Source: a virus (taxonomy: Duplodnaviria > Heunggongvirae > Uroviricota > Caudoviricetes). From it: a stretch of DNA of 28,276 bases. The first letter of the stretch is position 1; the number at the start of each line of letters is the position of its first letter. Shown here piece by piece: positions 1 through 11,585 of this stretch. The notes under the pieces are model-generated. The model made no database searches, was not told where the DNA came from, and saw only the letters and a program-made list of their open reading frames with translations. Made by a program: the position numbers and the translations under genes. The stretch is from IMG/VR virus record IMGVR_UViG_2671180294_000004, one strand, 5' to 3'.

Positions 1-187
1 AACAGATGTCTGGAAATATAGGGGCAAATCCAATCGTCGCCGTATTCCCGTATTAACAGAGACCGTAGCCCGACGGGGAACTCCTCATCATGCCAGCGAG
101 TCCGGTTCTGGCACGGAAGAAACCGGACGTTATGATTTAGTGCGGAAATATTTGTGTAGTGTTCTGTATGTTCTCAGTAAAGAGTAA
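1..187 (+). CDS. 3' end of an upstream ORF entering the window (partial, unknown function)
   Basis: Only plus-strand frame open from position 2 to a TAA at 185..187; the first ~130 nt are GC-rich, unlike the AT-rich DNA that follows. The last ~50 nt overlap the minus-strand ORF, so the true stop is uncertain. Confidence 0.25.
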   Translation, partial: TDVWKYRGKSNRRRIPVLTETVARRGTPHHASESGSGTEETGRYDLVRKYLCSVLYVLSKE

Positions 188-562
188 TGAATTATCAAAG
201 GTATAGTAATACCTTTTGTTTTCGTGGATATTTGTAATCCATCTGAAAACCCCTGCTGTAGCAAGATTTTTCCTGTATTCGTAAAATGATAACTCTCCTG
301 ATTTGAATCCTTTTAAGGTGGCTTCTATAAGGCATTTATTTTTTGAAAATCTTACATTTACAACCTTACCCTGTCCTTTTATTAAAACCGTATTATCGTT
401 TTCAAGAACAAGATGAATATTCTCTGTGGCTAAATAGTAAATGTAATGTGAGACATTGTGACGTTTTAGTTCAGAATAAAACCAGTGATAGTTTAAATTA
501 TTTCGCACTTTATCGAATATTTGTTTAAAAATGGCAACCTGAGCCATTGTAGTACCTTCCAT
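137..562 (-). CDS. Hypothetical protein, 141 aa (136 aa if started at the internal Met at 547); AT-rich accessory gene, second gene of a two-gene minus-strand cassette
   Basis: Intact ORF in markedly AT-rich DNA (roughly one-third GC by eye, against about half in the flanking phage genes). A GGAAGG Shine-Dalgarno-like motif precedes the second ATG (547), not the first. No motif I recognise, no obvious signal peptide or transmembrane segment. Lies 42 nt downstream of the RHH gene on the same strand. Confidence 0.55.
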   Translation of the reverse strand: MEGTTMAQVAIFKQIFDKVRNNLNYHWFYSELKRHNVSHYIYYLATENIHLVLENDNTVLIKGQGKVVNVRFSKNKCLIEATLKGFKSGELSFYEYRKNLATAGVFRWITNIHENKRYYYTFDNSLLFTENIQNTTQIFPH

Positions 563-604
563 GTGATATGAGGGGGCGTAGTCTGCACGATTATCTAAAT
601 TGCT

Positions 605-838
605 TCAATCTGGTCTAACCTGTTTTCTGAGCAATTCAGTAATGTCACTCTTTTCTTTGTTTGCTTCAGGCGAAACTCTTTTTTCTGAGCACAGTCTCCG
701 GCGGCAGGCTTCAATGACCCAGGCTGAGAAATTCCCGGACCCTTTTTGAACAAGAGCGATGTTAATTTGTTCAATCATTTGGTTAGGAAAGCGGATGTTG
801 CGGGTTGTTGTTCTGCGGGTTCTGTTCTTCGTTGACAT
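605..838 (-). CDS. Ribbon-helix-helix (CopG/Arc/MetJ-like) DNA-binding protein, 77 aa
   Basis: The N-terminal segment RNIRFPNQMIEQINIALVQKGSGNFSAWVIEACRRRL fits the RHH pattern (basic beta-strand, then two helices with a G-x-S/N turn). Basic N-terminal tail. Directly upstream of and co-oriented with the 141-aa ORF. Confidence 0.6.
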   Translation of the reverse strand: MSTKNRTRRTTTRNIRFPNQMIEQINIALVQKGSGNFSAWVIEACRRRLCSEKRVSPEANKEKSDITELLRKQVRPD

Positions 839-999
839 GAGGTTGCCCTGTATTCAGTGTCGCTGATTTGTATTGTCTGAAGTTGTTTTTACGTTAAGTT
901 GATGCAGATCAATTAATACGATACCTGCGTCATAATTGATTATTTGACGTGGTTTGATGGCGTAGATGCACGTTGTGACATGTAGATGATAATTATTAT

Positions 1000-1226
1000 C
1001 ATTTTGCGGGTCCTTTCCGGCGATCCGACAGGTTACGGGGCGGAAGGCGCGCGGGTTTTCGCTATTTATGACAATTTTCCGGTTTAAGGCGTTTCCGTTC
1101 TTCTTCGCCGTAACCTAATGTTTTTATTTAAAACACCCCCTGAAAAGAAAGGAAACGACAGGTGCTGAAAACGGGCTTTTTGGCCTCTGTCGTTTCCTTT
1201 CTCTGTTTTTGTCCGTGGAATGAACA
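1000..1226 (+). other. cos: cos DNA-packaging site: cosN-equivalent 12-mer GGGCGGAAGGCG at 1038..1049, with cosQ-side sequence upstream and the cosB region running to the Nu1 start
   Basis: Flanks are near-identical to the lambda genome ends as I recall them (…GATCCGACAGGTTACG | 12-mer | CGCGGGTTTTCGCTATTTATGA…). The 12-mer itself differs from lambda GGGCGGCGACCT at 5 positions. Confidence 0.6.
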
Positions 1227-1746
1227 ATGGAAGTCAACAAAAAGCAGCTGGCTGACATTTTCGGTGCGAGTATCCGTACCATTCAGAACTGGCAGGAACA
1301 GGGAATGCCCGTTCTGCGAGGCGGTGGCAAGGGTAATGAGGTGCTTTATGACTCTGCCGCCGTTATAAGATGGTATGCCGAAAGGGATGCTGAAATTGAG
1401 AACGAAAAGCTGCGCCGGGAAGTTGAAGAACTGCGGCAGGCCAGCGAGACAGATCTCCAGCCAGGGACTATTGAGTACGAACGCCATCGACTTACGCGTG
1501 CGCAGGCCGACGCACAGGAGCTGAAAAATGCCAGAGACTCCGCTGAAGTGGTGGAAACCGCATTCTGTACTTTCGTGCTGTCGCGGATCGCAGGTGAAAT
1601 TGCCAGTATTCTCGACGGGATCCCCCTGTCGGTGCAGCGGCGTTTTCCGGAACTGGAAAACCGACATGTTGATTTCCTGAAACGGGATATCATCAAAGCC
1701 ATGAACAAAGCAGCCGCGCTGGATGAACTGATACCGGGGTTGCTGA

Positions 1747-1772
<26 letters not shown>
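1227..1772 (+). CDS. nu1: Terminase small subunit (lambda gpNu1)
   Basis: 181-aa translation MEVNKKQLADIFGASIRTIQNWQEQGMPVLRGGGKGNEVLYDSAAV… is near-identical to lambda Nu1; it is the first gene after cos. Confidence 0.95.
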
Positions 1773-5453
<3,681 letters not shown>

Positions 5454-5473
<20 letters not shown>

Positions 5474-6773
5474 TCTCCCGCATATTGCCAGCATGGCTTT
5501 TAATGAGCCGCTGATGCTTGAACCCGCCTATGCGCGGGTTTTCTTTTGTGCGCTTGCAGGCCAGCTTGGGATCAGCTGCCTGACGGATGCAGTATCCGGC
5601 GACAGCCTGACTGCCGGAGAGGCACCCGCGGCGCTGGCGTTATCCGGTGATGATGACGGACCACGACAGGCCCGCAGTTATCAGGTAATGAACGGCATCG
5701 CCGTGCTGCCGGTGTCCGGCACGCTGGTCAGCCGGACGCGGGCGCTGCAGCCGTACTCGGGGATGACCGGTTACAACGGCATTATCGCCTGTCTGCAACA
5801 GGCTGCCAGCGACCCGATGGTGGACGGCATTCTGCTCGATATGGACACACCGGGCGGAATGGTGGCGGGAGCATTTGACTGCGCTGACATCATCGCCCGT
5901 GTGCGTGACATAAAGCCGGTATGGGCGCTGGCCAATGACATGAACTGCAGCGCAGGTCAGCTGCTTGCCAGTGCCGCCTCCCGGCGTCTGGTCACGCAGA
6001 CCGCCCGGACAGGCTCCATCGGCGTCATGATGGCTCACAGTAATTACGGCGCTGCACTGGAGAAACAGGGCGTGGAAATCACGCTGATTTACAGCGGCAG
6101 CCATAAGGTGGATGGCAACCCCTACAGCCATCTACCGGATGATGTCCGGGAAACATTGCAGTCCCGGATGGATGCAACCCGCCGGATGTTTGCACAGAAG
6201 GTGTCGGCATATACCGGCCTGTCCGTGCAGGCTGTGCTGGATACCGAGGCTGCAGTGTACAGCGGTCAGGAGGCCATTGATGCCGGACTGGCTGATGAAC
6301 TTGTTAACAGTACCGATGCGATCACCGTCATGCGTGATGCACTGGATGCACGTAAATCCCGTCTCTCAGGAGGGCGAATGACCAAAGAGACTCAATCAAC
6401 AACTGTTTCAGCCACTGCTTCGCAGGCTGACGTTACTGGCGTGGTGCAAGCGACGGAGGGCGAGAACGCCAGCGCGGCGCAGCCGGACGTGAACGCGCAG
6501 ATCACCGCAGCGGTTGCGGCAGAAAACAGTCGCATTATGGGGATCCTCAACTGTGAGGAGGCTCACGGACGCGAAGAACAGGCACGCGTGCTGGCCGAAA
6601 CCCCCGGTATGACCGTGGAAACGGCCCGCCGTATTCTGGCCGCAGCACCACAGAGTGCACAGACGCGCAGTGACACTGCGCTGGATCGTCTGATGCAGGG
6701 GGCACCGGCACCGCTGGCTGCAGGTAACCCGGCATCTGATGCCGTTAACGATTTGCTGAACACACCAGTGTAA
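5454..6773 (+). CDS. C: Prohead protease / scaffold (lambda gpC, S49/ClpP-like)
   Basis: GTG start giving VTAELRNLPHIASMAFNEPLMLEP…, 439 codons as in lambda C. The ORF track extends upstream to 5319 in the same frame, but the lambda-equivalent start is the GTG at 5454, which overlaps the B 3' end. Confidence 0.9.
6378..6773 (+). CDS. nu3: Scaffolding protein (lambda gpNu3), nested in-frame in the 3' part of C
   Basis: Internal ATG at 6378 in the C reading frame giving MTKETQSTTVSATASQADVT… (131 aa), the lambda arrangement of Nu3 within C. Confidence 0.7.
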   Translation: MTKETQSTTVSATASQADVTGVVQATEGENASAAQPDVNAQITAAVAAENSRIMGILNCEEAHGREEQARVLAETPGMTVETARRILAAAPQSAQTRSDTALDRLMQGAPAPLAAGNPASDAVNDLLNTPV

Positions 6774-6782
6774 GGGATGTTT

Positions 6783-7115
6783 ATGACGAGCAAAGAAACC
6801 TTTACCCATTACCAGCCGCTGGGCAATAGTGACCCGGCTCATACCGCAACCGCGCCCGGCGGATTGAGTGCGAAAGCGCCTGCAATGACCCCGCTGATGC
6901 TGGACACCTCCACCCGTAAGCTGGTTGCGTGGGATGGCACCACCGACGGTGCTGCCGTTGGCATTCTTGCGGTTGCTGCTGACCAGACCAGCACCACACT
7001 GACGTTCTACAAGTCCGGCACGTTCCGTTATGAGGATGTGCTCTGGCCGGAGGCTGCCAGCGACGAGACGAAAAAACGGACCGTGTTTGCCGGAACGGCA
7101 ATCAGCATCGTTTAA
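6783..7115 (+). CDS. D: Head decoration protein (lambda gpD)
   Basis: [43 protein letters not shown]…, 110 aa, matches lambda gpD; the ORF track starts 2 codons upstream (6777). Confidence 0.9.
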   Translation: MTSKETFTHYQPLGNSDPAHTATAPGGLSAKAPAMTPLMLDTSTRKLVAWDGTTDGAAVGILAVAADQTSTTLTFYKSGTFRYEDVLWPEAASDETKKRTVFAGTAISIV

Positions 7116-7170
7116 CTTTACCCTTCATCACTAAAGGCCGCCTGTGCGGCTTTTTTTACGGGATTTTTTT

Positions 7171-8196
7171 ATGTCGATGTACACAACCGCCCAGCTGCTG
7201 GCGGCAAATGAGCAGAAATTTAAGTTTGATCCGCTGTTTCTGCGTCTCTTTTTCCGTGAGAGCTATCCCTTCACTACGGAGAAAGTCTATCTCTCACAAA
7301 TTCCGGGACTGGTAAACATGGCGCTGTACGTTTCGCCGATTGTTTCCGGTGAGGTTATCCGTTCCCGTGGCGGCTCCACCTCTGAATTTACGCCGGGATA
7401 TGTCAAACCCAAGCATGAGGTGAATCCGCAGATGACCCTGCGTCGCCTGCCGGATGAAGATCCGCAGAATCTGGCGGACCCGGCTTACCGCCGCCGTCGC
7501 ATCATCATGCAGAACATGCGTGACGAAGAGCTGGCCATTGCTCAGGTCGAAGAGATGCAGGCAGTTTCTGCCGTGCTCAAGGGCAAATACACCATGACCG
7601 GTGAAGCCTTCGATCCGGTTGAGGTGGATATGGGCCGCAGTGCGGCGAACAACATCACACAGTCCGGCGTCACGGAGTGGAGCAAGCGTGACAAGTCCAC
7701 GTATGACCCGACCGACGATATCGAAGCCTACGCGCTGAACGCCAGCGGTGTGGTGAATATCATCGTGTTTGACCCGAAAGGCTGGGCGCTGTTCCGTTCC
7801 TTCAAAGCCGTCAAGGAGAAGCTGGATACCCGTCGCGGCTCTCATTCCGAGCTGGAGACAGCGGTAAAAGACCTGGGCAAAGCGGTGTCCTATAAGGGAA
7901 TGTATGGCGATGTGGCCATCGTCGTGTATTCCGGACAGTACGTGGAAAACGGCGTCAAAAAGAACTTCCTGCCGGACAACACGATGGTGCTGGGGAACAC
8001 TCAGGCTCGCGGTCTGCGCACCTATGGCTGCATTCAGGATGCGGACGCACAGCGCGAAGGCATTAACGCCTCTGCCCGTTACCCGAAAAACTGGGTGACC
8101 ACCGGCGATCCGGCGCGTGAGTTCACCATGATTCAGTCAGCACCGCTGATGCTGCTGGCTGATCCTGATGAGTTCGTGTCCGTTCAACTGGCGTAA
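7171..8196 (+). CDS. E: Major capsid protein (lambda gpE)
   Basis: MSMYTTAQLLAANEQKFKFDPLFLRLFFRESYPFTTEKVYLSQIPGLVNMALYVSPIVSGEV…, 341 aa, matches lambda gpE; the track ORF begins 9 codons upstream (7144). Confidence 0.95.
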   Translation: MSMYTTAQLLAANEQKFKFDPLFLRLFFRESYPFTTEKVYLSQIPGLVNMALYVSPIVSGEVIRSRGGSTSEFTPGYVKPKHEVNPQMTLRRLPDEDPQNLADPAYRRRRIIMQNMRDEELAIAQVEEMQAVSAVLKGKYTMTGEAFDPVEVDMGRSAANNITQSGVTEWSKRDKSTYDPTDDIEAYALNASGVVNIIVFDPKGWALFRSFKAVKEKLDTRRGSHSELETAVKDLGKAVSYKGMYGDVAIVVYSGQYVENGVKKNFLPDNTMVLGNTQARGLRTYGCIQDADAQREGINASARYPKNWVTTGDPAREFTMIQSAPLMLLADPDEFVSVQLA

Positions 8197-8237
8197 TCAT
8201 GGCCCTTCGGGGCCATTTTCTCTCTGTGGAGGAGTTC

Positions 8238-8636
8238 ATGACGAAAGATGAACTGATTGCCCGTCTTCAGGAGCTGGGTGAGCAATTGAACCGCGATGTC
8301 AGTTTGACGGGAACGAAAGAAGAACTGGCGCTTCGTGTGGCAGAGCTGGAAGAAGAGCTTGATGACACGGATGAAACTGCCGGTCAGGACACCCCTCTCA
8401 GCCGGGAAAATGTGCTGACCGGGCATGAAAATGAGGTGGTATCAGCGCAGCCGGATACCGTGATTCAGGATACGGCTGAACTGGTCACGGTCGTGGCACT
8501 GGTGACGCTGCATACTGATGCACTTCACGCCACGCGGGATAAACCTGTGGCATTTGTGCTGCCGGGAACGGCGTTTCGTGTCTCTGCCGGTGTGGCAGCC
8601 GAAATGACAGAGCGCGGCCTGGCCAGAATGCAATAA
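8238..8636 (+). CDS. FI: DNA packaging / head assembly protein (lambda gpFI)
   Basis: MTKDELIARLQELGEQLNRDVSLTGTKEELALRVAELEEELDDTDETAGQDTPLSRENVLTGHENEV…, 132 aa, lambda FI-like; the track ORF has a 13-codon upstream extension from 8199. Confidence 0.85.
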   Translation: MTKDELIARLQELGEQLNRDVSLTGTKEELALRVAELEEELDDTDETAGQDTPLSRENVLTGHENEVVSAQPDTVIQDTAELVTVVALVTLHTDALHATRDKPVAFVLPGTAFRVSAGVAAEMTERGLARMQ

Positions 8637-8647
8637 CGGGAGGCGCT

Positions 8648-9001
8648 GTGGCTGATTTCGATAACCTGTTCGATGCTGCCATTGCCCGCGCCGATGAAAC
8701 GATACGCGGGTACATGGGAACGTCAGCCACCATGACATCCGGTGAGCAGTCAGGTGCGGTGATACGTGGTGTTTTTGATGACCCTGAAAATATCAGCTAT
8801 GCCGGACAGGGCGTGCGCGTTGAAGGCTCCAGCCCGTCCCTGTTTGTCCGGACTGATGAGGTGCGGCAGCTGCGGCGTGGAGACACGCTGACCATCGGTG
8901 AGGAAAATTTCTGGGTAGATCGGGTTTCGCCGGATGATGGCGGAAGTTGTCATCTCTGGCTTGGACGGGGCGTACCGCCTGCCGTTAACCGTCGCCGCTG
9001 A
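8648..9001 (+). CDS. FII: Head-tail connector protein (lambda gpFII)
   Basis: GTG-initiated 117-aa ORF MADFDNLFDAAIARADETIRGYMGTSATMTSGEQSGAVIRGVFDDPENISYAGQGVRVEG… matching lambda FII. Confidence 0.9.
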   Translation: MADFDNLFDAAIARADETIRGYMGTSATMTSGEQSGAVIRGVFDDPENISYAGQGVRVEGSSPSLFVRTDEVRQLRRGDTLTIGEENFWVDRVSPDDGGSCHLWLGRGVPPAVNRRR

Positions 9002-9012
9002 AAGGGGGATGT

Positions 9013-9591
9013 ATGGCCATAAAAGGTCTTGAGCAGGCCGTTGAAAACCTCAGCCGTATCAGCAAAACGGCGGTGCCCGGTGCCGCCGCAATGGCCATTA
9101 ACCGCGTTGCTTCATCCGCGATATCGCAGTCTGCGTCACAGGTTGCCCGTGAGACAAAGGTACGCCGGAAACTGGTAAAGGAAAGGGCCAGGCTGAAAAG
9201 GGCCACGGTCAAAAATCCGCAGGCCAGAATCAAAGTTAACCGGGGGGATTTGCCCGTAATCAAGCTGGGTAATGCGCGGGTTGTCCTGTCCCGCCGCAGG
9301 CGTCATAAAAAGGGGCAGCGTTCATCCCTGAAAGGTGGCGGCAGCGTGCTTGTGGTGGGTAACCGTCGTATTCCCGGCGCGTTTATTCAGCAACTGAAAA
9401 ACGGCCGGTGGCATGTTATGCAGCGTGTGGCCGGGAAAAACCGTTACCCCATTGATGTGGTGAAAATCCCGATGGCGGTGCCGCTGACCACGGCGTTTAA
9501 ACAGAATATTGAACGGATACGGCGTGAACGTCTTCCGAAAGAGCTGGGCTATGCGCTGCAGCATCAACTGAGAATGGTAATAAAGCGATGA
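9013..9591 (+). CDS. Z: Tail completion protein (lambda gpZ)
   Basis: 192-aa ORF MAIKGLEQAVENLSRISKTAVPGAAAMAINRVASSAISQSASQVARETKVRRKL… matching lambda Z. Confidence 0.9.
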   Translation: MAIKGLEQAVENLSRISKTAVPGAAAMAINRVASSAISQSASQVARETKVRRKLVKERARLKRATVKNPQARIKVNRGDLPVIKLGNARVVLSRRRRHKKGQRSSLKGGGSVLVVGNRRIPGAFIQQLKNGRWHVMQRVAGKNRYPIDVVKIPMAVPLTTAFKQNIERIRRERLPKELGYALQHQLRMVIKR

Positions 9592-9983
9592 AACATACTG
9601 AACTCCGTGCAGCCGTACTGGATGCACTGGAGAAGCATGACACCGGGGCGACGCTTTTTGATGGTCGCCCCGCTGTTTTTGATGAGGAAGATTTTCCGGC
9701 AATTGCCGTTTATCTCACCGGCGCTGAATACACGGGCGAAGAGCTGGACAGCGATACCTGGCAGGCGGAGCTGCATATTGAAGTTTTCCTGCCTGCTCAG
9801 GTGCCGGATTCAGAGCTGGATTCGTGGATGGAGTCCCGGATTTATCCGGTGATGAGCGATATCCCGGCACTGTCAGATTTGATCACCAGTATGGTGGCCA
9901 GCGGCTATGACTACCGGCGCGACGATGATGCGGGCCTGTGGAGTTCAGCCGATCTGACTTATGTCATTATCTATGAAATGTGA
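9588..9983 (+). CDS. U: Tail terminator protein (lambda gpU)
   Basis: 131-aa [72 protein letters not shown]… matching lambda U. Confidence 0.9.
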   Translation: MKHTELRAAVLDALEKHDTGATLFDGRPAVFDEEDFPAIAVYLTGAEYTGEELDSDTWQAELHIEVFLPAQVPDSELDSWMESRIYPVMSDIPALSDLITSMVASGYDYRRDDDAGLWSSADLTYVIIYEM

Positions 9984-9990
9984 GGACGCT

Positions 9991-10731
9991 ATGCCTGTAC
10001 CAAATCCTACAATGCCGGTGAAAGGTGCCGGGACCACCCTGTGGGTTTATAAGGGGAGCGGTGACCCTTATGCGAACCCGCTTTCAGACGTTGACTGGTC
10101 GCGTCTGGCAAAAGTTAAAGACCTGACGCCCGGCGAACTGACCGCTGAGTCCTATGACGACAGCTATCTCGATGATGAAGATGCAGACTGGACTGCGACC
10201 GGGCAGGGGCAGAAATCTGCCGGAGATACCAGCTTCACGCTGGCGTGGATGCCCGGAGAGCAGGGGCAGCAGGCGCTGCTGGCGTGGTTTAATGAAGGTG
10301 ATACCCGTGCCTATAAAATCCGCTTCCCGAACGGCACGGTCGATGTGTTCCGTGGCTGGGTCAGCAGTATCGGTAAGGCGGTGACGGCGAAGGAGGTGAT
10401 TACCCGCACGGTGAAGGTCACCAATGTGGGACGTCCGTCGATGGCAGAAGATCGCAGCACGGTGACGGCGACGACCGGCATGACGGTGACACCCGCCAGT
10501 GCTTCCGTAGTGAAAGGGCAGAGCACCACGCTGACCGTGGCATTCCAGCCGGATGGCGCAACCGACAAGAGCTTCCGTGCGGTGTCTGCGGATAAAACAA
10601 AAGCCACCGTGTCGGTCAGTGGTATGACCATCACCGTGAAAGGTGTTGCTGCAGGCAAGGTCAACATTCCGGTCGTATCTGGTAATGGTGAGTTTGCTGC
10701 GGTTGCAGAAATCAACGTCACCGCCAGTTAA
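9991..10731 (+). CDS. V: Major tail tube protein (lambda gpV) with C-terminal Ig-like domain
   Basis: [50 protein letters not shown]…, 246 aa. The C-terminal T/V/S-rich segment is consistent with the bacterial Ig-like domain of lambda gpV. The track ORF starts 10 codons upstream (9961). Confidence 0.95.
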   Translation: MPVPNPTMPVKGAGTTLWVYKGSGDPYANPLSDVDWSRLAKVKDLTPGELTAESYDDSYLDDEDADWTATGQGQKSAGDTSFTLAWMPGEQGQQALLAWFNEGDTRAYKIRFPNGTVDVFRGWVSSIGKAVTAKEVITRTVKVTNVGRPSMAEDRSTVTATTGMTVTPASASVVKGQSTTLTVAFQPDGATDKSFRAVSADKTKATVSVSGMTITVKGVAAGKVNIPVVSGNGEFAAVAEINVTAS

Positions 10732-10746
10732 TCCGGAGAGTCAGCG

Positions 10747-11169
10747 ATGTTCCTGAAAACCGAATCATTTGAACATAACGGTGTGACCGTCACGCTTTCT
10801 GAACTGTCAGCCCTGCAGCGTATTGAGCATCTCGACCTGATGAAACGGCAGGCAGAACAGGCGGAGTCAGACAGCAACCGGAAGTTTACTGTGGAAGACG
10901 CCATCAGAACCGGCGCTTTTGTGGTTGCGATGTCCCTGTGGCATAACCATCCGAAGAAGACGCAGATGCCGTCCATGAATGAAGCCGTTAAACAGATTGA
11001 GCAGGAAGTGCTTACCACCTGGCCCACAGAGGCAATTTCTCATGCTGAAAACGTGGTGTACCGGCTGTCCGGTATGTATGAGTTTGTGGTGAATGATGCT
11101 CCTGAACAGGCAGAGGACGCCGGGCCTGCAGAGCCTGTTTCTGCGGGAAAGTGTTCGACGGTGAGCTGA
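10747..11169 (+). CDS. G: Tail assembly chaperone (lambda gpG)
   Basis: 140-aa ORF MFLKTESFEHNGVTVTLSELSALQRIEHLDLMKRQAEQAESDSNRKFTVEDAIRTGAF… matching lambda G. Confidence 0.9.
   Translation: MFLKTESFEHNGVTVTLSELSALQRIEHLDLMKRQAEQAESDSNRKFTVEDAIRTGAFVVAMSLWHNHPKKTQMPSMNEAVKQIEQEVLTTWPTEAISHAENVVYRLSGMYEFVVNDAPEQAEDAGPAEPVSAGKCSTVS
11145..11151 (+). other. Programmed -1 ribosomal frameshift slippery heptamer G GGA AAG for the G-T fusion
   Basis: GGGAAAG lies near the 3' end of G, with GGA and AAG as codons in the G frame, and the T frame is open immediately downstream. This is the canonical lambda G/GT arrangement. Confidence 0.8.
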
Positions 11170-11585
11170 GTTTTGCCCTGAAACTGGCGCGTGAGATGGG
11201 GCGACCCGACTGGCGCGCCATGCTTGCCGGGATGTCATCCACGGAGTATGCCGACTGGCACCGCTTTTACAGTACCCATTATTTTCATGATGTTCTGCTG
11301 GATATGCACTTTTCCGGGCTGACGTACACCGTGCTCAGCCTGTTTTTCAGCGATCCGGAGATGCATCCGCTGGATTTCAGTCTGCTGAACCGGCGCGAGG
11401 CTGACGAAGAGCCTGAAGATGATGTGCTGATGCAGAAAGCGGCAGGGCTTGCCGGAGGTGTCCGCTTTGGCCCGGACGGGAATGAAGTTATCCCCGCTTC
11501 CCCGGATGTGGCGGACATGACGGAGGATGACGTAATGCTGATGACAGTATCAGAAGGGATCGCAGGAGGAGTCCGGTATGGCTGA
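11151..11585 (+). CDS. T: T-frame portion of the tail assembly chaperone fusion gpGT (expressed by -1 frameshift from G)
   Basis: -1 frame ORF …FDGELSFALKLAREMGRPDWRAMLAGMSSTEYADWHRFYSTHYFHDVLLDMHF…, 144 codons, matching lambda T. It has no independent start codon with a ribosome-binding site. Confidence 0.8.
   Translation: MFDGELSFALKLAREMGRPDWRAMLAGMSSTEYADWHRFYSTHYFHDVLLDMHFSGLTYTVLSLFFSDPEMHPLDFSLLNRREADEEPEDDVLMQKAAGLAGGVRFGPDGNEVIPASPDVADMTEDDVMLMTVSEGIAGGVRYG

Noticed and set aside
343-528. 61-aa plus-strand ORF inside the AT-rich cassette
   Set aside because: Antisense to the longer 141-aa ORF, with no RBS and a low-complexity translation; likely a chance ORF.
1128-1708. Minus-strand ORFs of 179 and 120 aa overlapping Nu1
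   Set aside because: Antisense to Nu1, and the 5' part lies over the cos site; no homology recognised.
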